This document shows, piece after piece, positions 37,004 through 46,776 of a stretch of 64,000 bases of DNA. A program made the position numbers and the translations under genes. Within the stretch, counting starts at the first letter, position 1. Each line of letters begins with the position of its first letter. Where the stretch lies: the IMG/VR virus record IMGVR_UViG_3300045988_180644; one strand, 5' to 3'. This DNA is from a virus. The notes below the pieces were generated by a model, which saw nothing but the letters and a program-made list of their open reading frames with translations, had not been told where the DNA came from and did no database searches.

Positions 37004-37576
37004 GTGTTTCGTATAAGCCTAAAAAAAGTTTCACGTGAAACGAAATCCATCAAAAAACTCCCATCAATCCAACTCTTTTTAGACGTCTCCTCTACAAACA
37101 CAGGAGTTGCTATCTTGTTGGAAGATGGAAGGGTGATGATGGACTCAATCAACCTCAAAAGATTCCAAAGACCACCCTGTATGTCTTTGACGGATTATGA
37201 AAAGGTTAAAATAGGAGTCATCAAGGCATATCTAGATAAGCTCGAAGAGGAATACAGGATTGATTTGGTATGTGTTGAGGGTATATTCATTCGCCCTGGA
37301 TATAATCAATCTTCTCAAATCCTTCTCAAACTCCATGGATTTTTGATGGGATATTTTCTGGATACACCATTCATATCAATACCACCATCAAACATTAAAA
37401 AAGCTATAGCAGACAAGGGTAATGCAAAAAAGGAAGAAGTGAGAGGAAGATTAGAAGAGGTTTACCAATTTCATTTTCGAAGTGATGATGAAAGTGATGC
37501 AATGGCTCTGCTCGTCACTTACAGAGGCCATAGTCAATATCAAATAGAACAGAAGGAGGATACTTATGGAATATGA
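37004..37576 (+). CDS. RuvC-like Holliday junction resolvase
   Basis: LFLDVSSTNTGVAIL (RuvC motif I-like), CVEG, ESDAMAL; apparent GTG start. Confidence 0.6.
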   Translation: MFRISLKKVSRETKSIKKLPSIQLFLDVSSTNTGVAILLEDGRVMMDSINLKRFQRPPCMSLTDYEKVKIGVIKAYLDKLEEEYRIDLVCVEGIFIRPGYNQSSQILLKLHGFLMGYFLDTPFISIPPSNIKKAIADKGNAKKEEVRGRLEEVYQFHFRSDDESDAMALLVTYRGHSQYQIEQKEDTYGI

Positions 37577-38153
37577 TACATTATATAAAGAAGTGCTAGG
37601 TAGACTGGATGCTTATAAGGACAATGAAAAGAAGATAAAAGACACAGATGTCAATAAAAAAGCTTTTAATAAGATGTTATATAAGTATGAGGTTAATAAG
37701 CAGACAGAAGAATTATCTGATGAGTTCAAGGAAAGTATTCAGTTGTTAAAGGATTCTGGATTAAGCTTGAATGATATCTTAACTGTGCTTACTGTTTCCA
37801 GCAAAGAGATGAAACCATTTTTAACCGAGGCTAAAAATGAGTTAAAAACTTTAGCAGAAACGAATGAAGAATTATATCAGGAAATTGGAAAGGTGATGCT
37901 TGAAGATGAGAAGATGACTGAAAGAAGTATGCACTTCCCGCACATTGGAACAGTCAAAGTTGTAAGAGAAAAAGAGGTCACAATCACAGACGAAGACAAA
38001 CTGATTGTTGAATTAGCAAATATTAAAGAATGGCGAGATAAATATTTAAAGATATCAAAGACTGTCACAAAATTACCAGAGGCAAAAGATGGATTGATTG
38101 ATGGAATCTCAATTGAAGAGAAATTCAAAGTCACAGTGAAGTCAGATAAATAA
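37566..38153 (+). CDS. hypothetical coiled-coil protein
   Basis: 195 aa ORF, overlaps upstream gene by 11 nt. Confidence 0.6.
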   Translation: MEYDTLYKEVLGRLDAYKDNEKKIKDTDVNKKAFNKMLYKYEVNKQTEELSDEFKESIQLLKDSGLSLNDILTVLTVSSKEMKPFLTEAKNELKTLAETNEELYQEIGKVMLEDEKMTERSMHFPHIGTVKVVREKEVTITDEDKLIVELANIKEWRDKYLKISKTVTKLPEAKDGLIDGISIEEKFKVTVKSDK

Positions 38154-38512
38154 TGGGATTAAAAGAACGAGTCAAAAAACAACAAAAACAAAAGACTGAA
38201 CAGTCTCCATCAAAAACCCAACAAAACTCCCCAATAGGAAATGAACTTGCTGGATATGTGCAATCATATCTTGCCTGGTTAAAGGTTCAAAATCCTAACT
38301 TTGCCGAAAACCTAACAACAGAAGAATTAGCCAATTATTTTTATGGTAAGGTCAAATTACCAGAGGAAATAATGATATACATGGAAAGCAATCCTCTCCA
38401 GACTCTTTCTAAAGTCTATGAATATATAGACCGTTACAAGGATAAGACTGATATGTTTGCAATCAATAAGAAAATCATTCCCAAAGATAAAGGAAACTAC
38501 AAGGAGGTTTAA
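38153..38512 (+). CDS. hypothetical protein
   Basis: 119 aa ORF, ATGA-type coupling. Confidence 0.6.
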   Translation: MGLKERVKKQQKQKTEQSPSKTQQNSPIGNELAGYVQSYLAWLKVQNPNFAENLTTEELANYFYGKVKLPEEIMIYMESNPLQTLSKVYEYIDRYKDKTDMFAINKKIIPKDKGNYKEV

Positions 38513-39499
38513 ATGTATAAGAAGAAAGATTTCCAGTTCCTAGAGAAATATGAAAAGATATCTTATAAGACAGGAATTATCCTTTGTACAGGAGACTGGA
38601 TTCATATTATCATCAACAGCTTTCAAGAATCTCACAAGATTCAAACAGAATGTAGTCAGGATGTCTATTTCGACCTCAGAGATTTTCTAGGTAAGTATAA
38701 AAAGATACATGGAAGTAGACATGTGTTTACAATTGGAGATGATGGATTACATATTCAAACAAAAAAGACAGGAGTAGAAGAAATTATTGAAGTAGAGGAG
38801 GGGATAAAAGTATCTCCTCTGATTCCAAAAGAAAAGAGATGTTACTTCACTGATTGCAACTTTAAACAGTTTGATATTCTTAGCTCCATTAACATGGATT
38901 TGAGTTATATCAGTTTTTTAAAGGATGCCTCGTTGGTGATAGATGAAGATAAATCCTATATCTGGAAAACAAATGGAATTACTGATATCTATATACAGTT
39001 GCCTTCATTGTCTAAACCAATGGGATATATTCCTCATAGCTTAATTTCATTATTTGCCAATTGGCAAGGTGAAGAAGCGTATATCAGCATTGAAAAGAAT
39101 GTACCAGGTATTGGGGTGGATAATCTTGTTTTACATGATGATGAAAACATCTTAGCTGTAGCAATGAATAGAAATCAGGAATACAACACCTATGAACTTC
39201 CATCATCTTCTCAACAATACACTTTAACCAGTGAAGAATTGAAAAACCTTCAAAGTATCAAGTTTAAGAAGTTATTAGCTCAGATAAAGAAGGAAAAGAA
39301 TCTGAAAACAAGTTATGAAGTATATGTTGAGATTGTTGATGGGATTTGGTATATGAATGGAGAGAAATTCTTTGAAACAGAAGAAAAGATAACGACACGA
39401 CGCTACGAAGGCTATAAGCTTGCCACATTCATTAACAACGCCAAACACTTAACAGTTCATGATACTTATCTACAAGATGAAAATATTTATTTCATATAA
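38513..39499 (+). CDS. hypothetical protein
   Basis: 328 aa ORF; followed by a hairpin terminator (AAAAGGTCCC...GGGGACCTCTTTTTTT) at 39503..39530. Confidence 0.6.
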   Translation: MYKKKDFQFLEKYEKISYKTGIILCTGDWIHIIINSFQESHKIQTECSQDVYFDLRDFLGKYKKIHGSRHVFTIGDDGLHIQTKKTGVEEIIEVEEGIKVSPLIPKEKRCYFTDCNFKQFDILSSINMDLSYISFLKDASLVIDEDKSYIWKTNGITDIYIQLPSLSKPMGYIPHSLISLFANWQGEEAYISIEKNVPGIGVDNLVLHDDENILAVAMNRNQEYNTYELPSSSQQYTLTSEELKNLQSIKFKKLLAQIKKEKNLKTSYEVYVEIVDGIWYMNGEKFFETEEKITTRRYEGYKLATFINNAKHLTVHDTYLQDENIYFI

Positions 39500-39531
39500 A
39501 CGAAAAGGTCCCTTTTTGGGGACCTCTTTTT

Positions 39532-40002
39532 TTATTTACTGAAAGTTTTGACTGTTCCTTGTAATACCTCTAGCATCTTTCCAGAATCTGTATCTTTGGC
39601 GGCCGAAATAGAGGTTAGTTTGCTATTGCTAACTAATTCATTTCTTTCTTCAAGATAGACTTCTGAATATGCCTGCATTGTTGCCACATAATCCATATAC
39701 TTATCAGAAAAGGCATCTAATATTTCTAAATCAAGATTAACTCGATTTGATGCAATCTGATAAACATCATCCAAATACTTAACAGTCACAACCTGCTTCT
39801 GAGTATTCGTATCTGCTTTTTTCATATTTGTTTCATAAATATCTTCTGCCTTTTGAATCAATTCATAATCGTTTTGAACATTACTTAATTCGACTTCACT
39901 ATAATCCATTGTTTTGCTGGAATCTATACTTTGCTTACATCCAAGAAGAGAAAAACAAAGAAGTAAGCAAATCACAGCCTTGAATAATCTTGATATTTTC
40001 AT
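39532..40002 (-). CDS. lipoprotein
   Basis: signal + lipobox LLGCKQ. Confidence 0.6.
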   Translation of the reverse strand: MKISRLFKAVICLLLCFSLLGCKQSIDSSKTMDYSEVELSNVQNDYELIQKAEDIYETNMKKADTNTQKQVVTVKYLDDVYQIASNRVNLDLEILDAFSDKYMDYVATMQAYSEVYLEERNELVSNSKLTSISAAKDTDSGKMLEVLQGTVKTFSK

Positions 40003-40004
40003 AA

Positions 40005-40982
40005 CTATTTCACTGACTTAATAATATTCTTGACTTTATTCTGATAGCTTTTAGATGTACTGGCTGAATTACCAGCGGAACTAATAGCTTTCTGTGCTGA
40101 AATTATCTGTTTTCTTAATGTATTATAGTTCTTTTGAATTGTTGTATTTTGATTTGCTGCAGCAGAGCCAAAGGCAGAATTATTTTGTTTGCTATTAGCA
40201 ATATTACTGTTATTTTGTGCTGTTGATGAATTTTTATCATTCTTTATCTCATTATTCTTTTTATCTATTGCTTGTTGATTCGCTTGTTGCTTTGAAGCTG
40301 TATCGGATGCATTGTTTTGCGCATTTTCCTCACTTTTGGATAGACTCCCTCCAAATTCTTTTGATTGACTTTCCTTATCTGTTAATGATTGTTGTTTCTG
40401 TTGGTCTTTGATGGCATTATAATCATCTTTACTGGCTAAGCTTTCATCACCAAAAGCCTCAGCAAATGTCTCATTACCATCCTCGATTTTCAGTATGCTG
40501 TCTTCTTCCTCTTTTTGACTAGCTTCCTGTTGTTCTAGTTCTTTAGCTTTTTCTTCATCACTGACTCCTCCAACTGCATCAGCAAGACTATTCATAGTAC
40601 TCGTATTTGCGTTAACTGTATAATAGCCTTGAGCTATCTGATTGATTTCATTTTGTAAAGCCTGATTTTCTTTATCTGCCTGAATACTTTTCAAATACGC
40701 TTGAAATCCTTTGCCAGCATTTGTTTCTTCATCTAAAGACCCGTATTGTGCCTGAAGATTTTGAAAATTCTGTTTAGCTTCTCCAAATAGAGAATAAGCT
40801 TCTTCTTGTATATCAAAAGGTTGTTCCTTTCTTGCCTCATTGCTATTATCTTCTGACTTGAATCTTTCCTCGGCAGATTGTGTTGCATTTGTCTGCGAAC
40901 TTTCTAGGGGGTTTGTAGCAAAGACAGGGGTAGGGGCTATCATGAATAGAGATAAAGCACCTGCAAAAAACTTTTTATTCAC
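40005..40982 (-). CDS. secreted low-complexity (Q/N/S-rich) protein
   Basis: signal peptide NKKFFAGALSLFMIAPTPVFA; probable GTG start after GGAGGTG. Confidence 0.55.
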   Translation of the reverse strand: MNKKFFAGALSLFMIAPTPVFATNPLESSQTNATQSAEERFKSEDNSNEARKEQPFDIQEEAYSLFGEAKQNFQNLQAQYGSLDEETNAGKGFQAYLKSIQADKENQALQNEINQIAQGYYTVNANTSTMNSLADAVGGVSDEEKAKELEQQEASQKEEEDSILKIEDGNETFAEAFGDESLASKDDYNAIKDQQKQQSLTDKESQSKEFGGSLSKSEENAQNNASDTASKQQANQQAIDKKNNEIKNDKNSSTAQNNSNIANSKQNNSAFGSAAANQNTTIQKNYNTLRKQIISAQKAISSAGNSASTSKSYQNKVKNIIKSVK

Positions 40983-41138
40983 CTGTATCACCTCCACACT
41001 TTATTTTATCATACATAGGCTTCAATTCGATTTTCCTCAGATTGATGAATAGTTGATACAATAGTGTAAGGATAAAAACTTGAGAAAGTCATGGAAATGA
41101 GTTTTTGTCACTACACCAATAACAAAAGAGGTGATGAA

Positions 41139-41891
41139 ATGAAACAGATTTATTTTTATGGAAATACAGCACAATGCCAATGTGATAAACAGGAAGATGC
41201 TATCTTTATGAGTGAATTAGAAGATTATTACATACTGATGATTGCTGATGGTAATGGAGGACAGGCAGGGGACATCAATACTGGTCAGCTTGCCATAAAC
41301 ATCATGTTCAACTATCTACAAAAAATCATTACACCTTATTCCTCTTTACAGGATATTAGAGATTCGATGGATTTTGGCATGTTTATAGTATCGCAGTCAT
41401 TTCTGTCAATTAATGCTATCTCTGAAAAATATAGAAACATCTATGCATCATTGGCAGTTGTTATCATTTCTAAGACAACACAAAAAATGATGTTTGCCAG
41501 TACAGGGAATACTGAATTGCAATTGATACGCAATGGTAAACTTCAAAGAATCAACAGAATCTATTCAGATGCCTATGAAGCTCTGCAAAGAGGAGAGATA
41601 GAAGAAAGGGATTTCTATATTCATCCTGGCAGAAGTATGTTAACAAGTGCAATAGGAGTCTTTCCAGATGTCTCAGCTGATATCATGCTGTTTGGAGAAT
41701 TACAGGAAAAAGATATCTTTATTTTAAGTACAGACGGTGTCTATCGTTATCTAAATCCTGATGAAGTCATTTCTATCCTTGGAGAAGCATCCAATATTCA
41801 GGAAGGAGTGAATCAAATCTTAACAGAAATAAATGATAAAGGTGGCGAAGACAATGCCTCTTTAATAGTGGGACATCTGTTCAATCAGTAA
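41139..41891 (+). CDS. PP2C-family Ser/Thr protein phosphatase
   Basis: IADGNGG and LSTDGV metal-binding motifs; start at ATG (MKQIYFY) after AAGAGGTGA. Confidence 0.65.
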   Translation: MKQIYFYGNTAQCQCDKQEDAIFMSELEDYYILMIADGNGGQAGDINTGQLAINIMFNYLQKIITPYSSLQDIRDSMDFGMFIVSQSFLSINAISEKYRNIYASLAVVIISKTTQKMMFASTGNTELQLIRNGKLQRINRIYSDAYEALQRGEIEERDFYIHPGRSMLTSAIGVFPDVSADIMLFGELQEKDIFILSTDGVYRYLNPDEVISILGEASNIQEGVNQILTEINDKGGEDNASLIVGHLFNQ

Positions 41892-42012
41892 AAATACGAT
41901 TTTACACAACTTGAAAATGAAATGATATAATGATTGAGATGTCAGATTTGTTTTAGGCAAATACAGATACATCAAAATTATTTATGTAGCAAAGGCTACG
42001 GAGGATTTACAA

Positions 42013-42300
42013 ATGAATAAAATTATGAAGATTGGAAGTGGTATTGAAAGAGTAGACGGAGAAGCAAGAGAAGTGACAGCTTATGTAAGTAAATGTAGCA
42101 CTTCATTAACAAGATTGTTAGAAGGAAACGACCCGGTAACAATCAAAGCTATGGGAAATAGAGCCATTGCTAACACAATGAAAGTTATTGCTAGAGTTCA
42201 CAAAACTGTCCCTTTAAAATTAGATGCTCCAGTGTTCTTAGATGAACAGGTTGGCGAATCTGAATTAGCAGTATTCAACATCACAGTAGAAAAAGCATAG
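42013..42300 (+). CDS. SpoVS-like (Alba-fold) protein
   Basis: IKAMGNRAIANTMKVIARV resembles SpoVS IQAIGAGALNQAVKAVAIAR; 95 aa. Confidence 0.5.
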   Translation: MNKIMKIGSGIERVDGEAREVTAYVSKCSTSLTRLLEGNDPVTIKAMGNRAIANTMKVIARVHKTVPLKLDAPVFLDEQVGESELAVFNITVEKA

Positions 42301-42304
42301 TTCA

Positions 42305-42682
42305 ATGGATAATGGACAGTTAGAAGACTGGGGACAAATCATTCTTATTTGCCCTTGTCATATAAAAGAAGCGAAGGAATGTGAAGATATTAGAAAAATG
42401 AAAGATATGACCATGAAGATGGTCAATGGATATAGAAATGTCAATTTTCAATGTCCTTACTGCACAAACAGCTTTGATTATGAAGTGAAAATTAAACTCT
42501 TTGAACTTCTTAACAAATACTTTCAAAACAACCAGACATATGTGGGATTTAACAAGTATGTAAGTAGGAAAGGGGAAAGGATTCGTTTAAGATATATCAA
42601 AGAAATGAAAACTAACACAGGAAAAGCAATCATTATCGAAGCGGCTAATCTCACACAACATCCAAGCTTTAAAAATGCTTAG
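42305..42682 (+). CDS. zinc-finger hypothetical protein
   Basis: CPCH...CED and CPYCTNSF. Confidence 0.55.
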   Translation: MDNGQLEDWGQIILICPCHIKEAKECEDIRKMKDMTMKMVNGYRNVNFQCPYCTNSFDYEVKIKLFELLNKYFQNNQTYVGFNKYVSRKGERIRLRYIKEMKTNTGKAIIIEAANLTQHPSFKNA

Positions 42683-43001
42683 GACTCTGATGAGTCCTTT
42701 TTTTGTTGAAAAATGAAAAGAAGTCGTTTATAATAGTTATTGGGTAAATAAAAAACAAAACACAGCAAAATTTTCAATGAAAACAAGCTAAAACATCTTG
42801 ATTTTTACATATCAAAGATGTATTATAGTTATGCATTGATAATGCTTTTGCGTACAAATTAAAAATTATGAAAAGTGCATGTATGAAGGCATGACCATTA
42901 TTCAATGGTGATGCTGTGTATCGCCTTATTTACCCAACAAATAGGTCGTGACTTCGTACATGCATTTTTATTTTAAAAAAAAGAAAGGAGGATAAATATT
43001 C

Positions 43002-44624
43002 ATGGACAAATATTATAAATATGAAGACAAAATAGTCAATTCCTTTCTTTTTGTACCAAAGTTCTTGTTTTCTGACGAACGCTTTATGAAGTTAAGTGTC
43101 ACAGAGAAACTGATTTATTCCTTATATCTACACAGATATACAATAAGCCAATATCATGACGAGATAGGACGATATATCATTTTTACTGATGATGATGTTG
43201 TTGACAAACTTTACATCACTTCAAGGACTTGTATCAGAGCTAGAAAAAAACTCGAAGAAGCAAATCTCATCAAAATCCAAAAAACTCTAACATATAACAA
43301 AATCTATCTTGTGAATGTACTGAAAGCTTCTGAAAGTGAACATTTCTTTAACGAAAATGATTTAGAGGGATTAAAATTTTATCAGTTCCCAAGAGAATTC
43401 TTTGAAAATACTTATAAAAACTTAACACTGAATGCCAAGATGGTCTATACAGTTTTTCTAGATACTTTAACTCTTAGTCAAATGAATTACTTTGTAGATT
43501 CTAACAAAAGGATTTATTTTCAGGAGAACATGGACATACAGATAAAAAAACTAAATCTAACAAAGCCGACAATACGTGAGGCAAGATACCTCTTGATGGT
43601 ATGTGGATTGTTGTTAGAGTATAAAACTTTCACTGAAGATATCAGATATTATCCATTAAAGCTGTCTCATTATACAGATAGAACTGCTGAATATAAGAAA
43701 TGTAAGACAGCGAAAGAGAAAAAAGCATTTATAGAGAAGACAACAAAACAAGACAAAGATGAGTTAATACTGAATCCATTAAAAATAGGTGTAAAACTTC
43801 AGGACTATAGAAAAGACGCAGGACTTACACAGACAAGACTAATCTCTTTATTAAGAGAAAGAAATGTAGATATTACTCAGCAGACTTATTCTGCGTATGA
43901 AAATGGAAAGTTACATATCAAAAAAGAACTATATGATATCTGTTTAGAGTGTATACAAGACGAAAAGAAAAAAATGTCTGAGTATACAATACCAAAAGAA
44001 AATATTGTCATAAATGACAACCCTAAAGAAAAAAATTGTCATGACATACAAGATAAAAACAAAGAAATGTCAGTAGAGGAAGAAAAATTAGTCACGAATG
44101 AAAAGAAAGAATTGACATCTCCTGAAAGAAAAGAAAGTCATATAAATTATACTTATACAAACAAAACAGAAAATAATTATAATGAAAAATTAATAGAATT
44201 AATTAATTATATTAATAACATTATAAATACTTCACATATTCTTTTAGAAGAAAAAGATTACTTAACTGCATGCTTTGATAAACTTCGTATATATAAACGA
44301 TTCTATCTCAATACTTCACAAGAACTATTCACAACAGAAAGATTATATGAAATCTTACAGAAGATGAATGAAAAAAATAAAGTTGAAGAAGTGTGTTTGA
44401 AGATTTTAGATAGAATTGAAACAAGTCACTATCAATTTAAAACACCAGATGCAGCCATCAATTGTTTTATTACTTTCTTGCTTAATGAACTAAAAGTAGA
44501 GGAAAAACAAGCTGATGATGTCCCAGAATGGTTTTCTAAAAAGAAATTTCAGTTTAATAGATTACCTGAACGAAAAATAGAAGTGTCAGATGAAATAAAA
44601 GACTATAAATGGTGGGAGGAATAA
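43002..44624 (+). CDS. rep: RepA_N-family replication initiator with duplicated N-domain and internal HTH
   Basis: YYKYEDKIVNSFLFVPKFLF...LSVTEKLIYSLYLHRY...IGRYIIFT matches Firmicutes RepA_N signature; second copy FYQFPREFF...LTLNAKMVYTVFLD; XRE-like HTH GLTQTRLISLL. Confidence 0.7.
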   Translation: MDKYYKYEDKIVNSFLFVPKFLFSDERFMKLSVTEKLIYSLYLHRYTISQYHDEIGRYIIFTDDDVVDKLYITSRTCIRARKKLEEANLIKIQKTLTYNKIYLVNVLKASESEHFFNENDLEGLKFYQFPREFFENTYKNLTLNAKMVYTVFLDTLTLSQMNYFVDSNKRIYFQENMDIQIKKLNLTKPTIREARYLLMVCGLLLEYKTFTEDIRYYPLKLSHYTDRTAEYKKCKTAKEKKAFIEKTTKQDKDELILNPLKIGVKLQDYRKDAGLTQTRLISLLRERNVDITQQTYSAYENGKLHIKKELYDICLECIQDEKKKMSEYTIPKENIVINDNPKEKNCHDIQDKNKEMSVEEEKLVTNEKKELTSPERKESHINYTYTNKTENNYNEKLIELINYINNIINTSHILLEEKDYLTACFDKLRIYKRFYLNTSQELFTTERLYEILQKMNEKNKVEEVCLKILDRIETSHYQFKTPDAAINCFITFLLNELKVEEKQADDVPEWFSKKKFQFNRLPERKIEVSDEIKDYKWWEE

Positions 44625-44781
44625 ACCCACCTTTTCTTATATTTCAAAATTTAGGATTTTACTAAATGCACTTAGTTTATGTTATAATACATTTGTATAG
44701 ATAAACGATTTCCGGAGATTACATTGAAGTAATCTCTTTTTTCTTTTTGGAGGGAAAAGGAAAACGTGGAAAGGAGAAAAG

Positions 44782-44985
44782 ATGAAAACATTAAAAAAAA
44801 TCAAATGGAATCATGTTGCTTTGACTTTCATGACTCCAATGTTCATTGGAGTAAACTTCTATTGTATCTGGAAATTAATGTTAGCTTTTTTAACAGCTAA
44901 CGTAAACACTGGATATAGTGCTTCTTGTTTTCTATTGATTGAAGCAATTATTCTATTTCTTATTATTACAATTAGATTTAAATAA
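44782..44985 (+). CDS. small membrane protein
   Basis: 67 aa, two predicted TM helices. Confidence 0.5.
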   Translation: MKTLKKIKWNHVALTFMTPMFIGVNFYCIWKLMLAFLTANVNTGYSASCFLLIEAIILFLIITIRFK

Positions 44986-45012
44986 TGACCTATCTTGAAA
45001 GGAGGGATTGAG

Positions 45013-45369
45013 ATGATGGTCATAAAGAAAAACCGTGTTTATGTGGATTTGAGTAGCATATCATACTCAATCCACTCACAGGAAAAAGGTAGAGAGAAAA
45101 GAATGTCTTATGTTGGAGACATTGCTTCCATGCATGTTCTCAAATCATTTAGTGTTGACAGAGGTCATTTTGACGGACCAGAAATCCATCTCATTACAAC
45201 AGATGGATATATCATCATTGTCAATGCATGGACATTTAAGTTATGTACGGTCTTGATAGCAAGACCAGGACAGATTGATAGATATTATAAAGCTATCAAT
45301 CAAAAAGCACCAGTCTGGTTGCTTGATAAGGCTTTTTACAATCAAAAAAGAAAATTAAACAAACTCTAG
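45013..45369 (+). CDS. hypothetical protein
   Basis: start at ATGATG after AAAGGAGGG. Confidence 0.55.
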   Translation: MMVIKKNRVYVDLSSISYSIHSQEKGREKRMSYVGDIASMHVLKSFSVDRGHFDGPEIHLITTDGYIIIVNAWTFKLCTVLIARPGQIDRYYKAINQKAPVWLLDKAFYNQKRKLNKL

Positions 45370-45404
45370 TCTGGCCAACTGGAGCAAGAAAGGAAGAAAG
45401 AATT

Positions 45405-45629
45405 ATGAGTTATATTGGTGAATCAAAATTAATGAGAGCAATTAGAAAAAAATTAGAAAGATATGGATATGGTGATATGGAAACGGCATGTGCTGCTGAG
45501 CATATCATCGATGACAGATATGCGATTGAAGCTATCATTGCTGATGTCTTGGATGAAGATATGACCATCAATGAAGCTGTAAAGAAAGCAGTGAATGCGG
45601 AAGTTGAAAGAATGGAGTGTATGGAATAG
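45405..45629 (+). CDS. hypothetical acidic protein
   Basis: 74 aa ORF. Confidence 0.5.
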   Translation: MSYIGESKLMRAIRKKLERYGYGDMETACAAEHIIDDRYAIEAIIADVLDEDMTINEAVKKAVNAEVERMECME

Positions 45630-45681
45630 AGTGATAAGAATCACTCTATTTTATCTTAAAACAAATAATATGATATAATTA

Positions 45682-45710
45682 TTGACACAATATCATTTAT
45701 ATGATATAAT
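45682..45710 (+). promoter_or_regulatory. consensus sigma-70 promoter for the tRNA array
   Basis: TTGACA-17 nt-TATAAT ~110 nt upstream of first tRNA. Confidence 0.7.
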
Positions 45711-45820
45711 GTGTGTACAGTGATGAAAGGAGAGAACATATTAAGACGATTTGTGATAGACTTTTCAATATTTCTTAATTTGTTGCTTCTTGGTCACAAG
45801 AAGTTTTTATTTTGAAAAAC

Positions 45821-45903
45821 GTCCTCGTGATGGAACAGGTAGACATGCATGGCTTAGACCCATGTGCTTATGCGTAAGGGTTCGAATCCCTTCGAGGACA
45901 CCA
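45821..45903 (+). tRNA. tRNA-Leu (anticodon TAG), class II long variable arm
   Basis: hand-folded cloverleaf: acceptor GTCCTCG/CGAGGAC, anticodon stem CATGG/CCATG loop CTTAGAC, GGTTCGAATCC T-arm, CCA encoded. Confidence 0.7.
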
Positions 45904-45947
45904 ATATCACTCCAATGCTTGTAAAGAGTGAATATATGAAATTATAT

Positions 45948-46020
45948 GAACATCTAGCATAATGGAAATGCGTAGGGTTCAGCGCCCTTCATGATACTGG
46001 TTCAAGTCCAGTGGTGTTCA
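45948..46020 (+). tRNA. atypical tRNA-like gene (anticodon loop TTCAGCG; no encoded CCA)
   Basis: acceptor GAACATC/GATGTTC, D-arm TAGCATAATGGAAATGC, T-arm ACTGG-TTCAAGT-CCAGT; paralog of 46396..46468. Confidence 0.45.
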
Positions 46021-46070
46021 AATGCCAGATAAGAAATAAAGCTAAAACAGGGATAATCATATCCCTACAT

Positions 46071-46208
46071 GGTCCTTTAGCTCAGTAGGTAGAGTAGATG
46101 ACTGTTATACATCACTACATCAAATAAAGAAAGTTAAGTACGTGATGTATGTCAACACTTTGTGTTGATAAATCATGGTTACAGGTTCGAATCCTGTAGG
46201 GACCACCA
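46071..46208 (+). tRNA. tRNA-Asn-like (GTT) gene carrying ~62-nt insertion in variable region
   Basis: acceptor GGTCCTT/AGGGACC+A+CCA pairs across 138 nt; D-arm TAGCTCAGTAGGTAGAG; anticodon loop CTGTTAT; insert forms 9-bp hairpin ATACATCAC/GTGATGTAT. Confidence 0.45.
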
Positions 46209-46236
46209 AATATACATTTTTTGTGACAAACAATAT

Positions 46237-46313
46237 TGGTGAGTAGCGTAGTTGGTTAGCGCAATCGGCTGTTAACCGATGGGTCGTGGGTTCAAGTCCC
46301 ACCTCGCCAGCCA
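46237..46313 (+). tRNA. tRNA-Asn (GTT)
   Basis: acceptor TGGTGAG/CTCGCCA, anticodon stem ATCGG/CCGAT loop CTGTTAA, CCA encoded. Confidence 0.7.
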
Positions 46314-46314
46314 T

Positions 46315-46390
46315 GGCCTGTTCGTCTAAAGGTTAGGACACAACCCTTTCACGGTTGCAATGTTGAGTTCAAGTCTCACACAGGTCACCA
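46315..46390 (+). tRNA. tRNA-Glu (TTC)
   Basis: anticodon stem CAACC/GGTTG loop CTTTCAC; GTCTAAAGG D-loop. Confidence 0.65.
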
Positions 46391-46395
46391 AAAAT

Positions 46396-46468
46396 AGACA
46401 TCTAGCATGATGGTAATGCAAAGGGTTAATTACCCTTTATGATATCGGTTCAAGTCCGATGATGTTCA
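46396..46468 (+). tRNA. atypical tRNA-like gene (anticodon loop TTAATTA; A1-C72 mismatch; no CCA)
   Basis: paralog of 45948..46020: same acceptor/D-arm, T-arm ATCGG-TTCAAGT-CCGAT. Confidence 0.45.
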
Positions 46469-46528
46469 GAATCTAATAATTATATAGACTATGTATTATG
46501 TATTGTTATTAGGGCTTAGCCCTAAAGT

Positions 46529-46605
46529 GGACATTTAGCTCAGGTGGTTAGAGCCATCGCCTCATAAGCGATTGGTCGGAGGTTCAAGTCCTTCAATGTC
46601 CACCA
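46529..46605 (+). tRNA. tRNA-Met (CAT), elongator-type
   Basis: acceptor GGACATT/AATGTCC, anticodon stem ATCGC/GCGAT loop CTCATAA. Confidence 0.7.
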
Positions 46606-46615
46606 TATAAAGATG

Positions 46616-46689
46616 GTGAGGTTAGCTTAATGGTAAAGCACTGGACTGTGGCCCCAGTTATACGAGTTCGATTCTCGTACTTCACACCA
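46616..46689 (+). tRNA. tRNA-His (GTG)
   Basis: anticodon loop CTGTGGC; extra 5' G at 46615 (His G-1). Confidence 0.65.
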
Positions 46690-46694
46690 TATAT

Positions 46695-46771
46695 TGGAAA
46701 GTAGCTCAGTTTGGTAGGGCGCACGCTTTGGGAGCGTGAGGGCATGGGTTCAAATCCCGTCTTTCCAGCCA
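46695..46771 (+). tRNA. tRNA-Pro (TGG)
   Basis: acceptor TGGAAAG/CTTTCCA, anticodon stem CACGC/GCGTG loop TTTGGGA. Confidence 0.7.
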
Positions 46772-46776
46772 TATAT

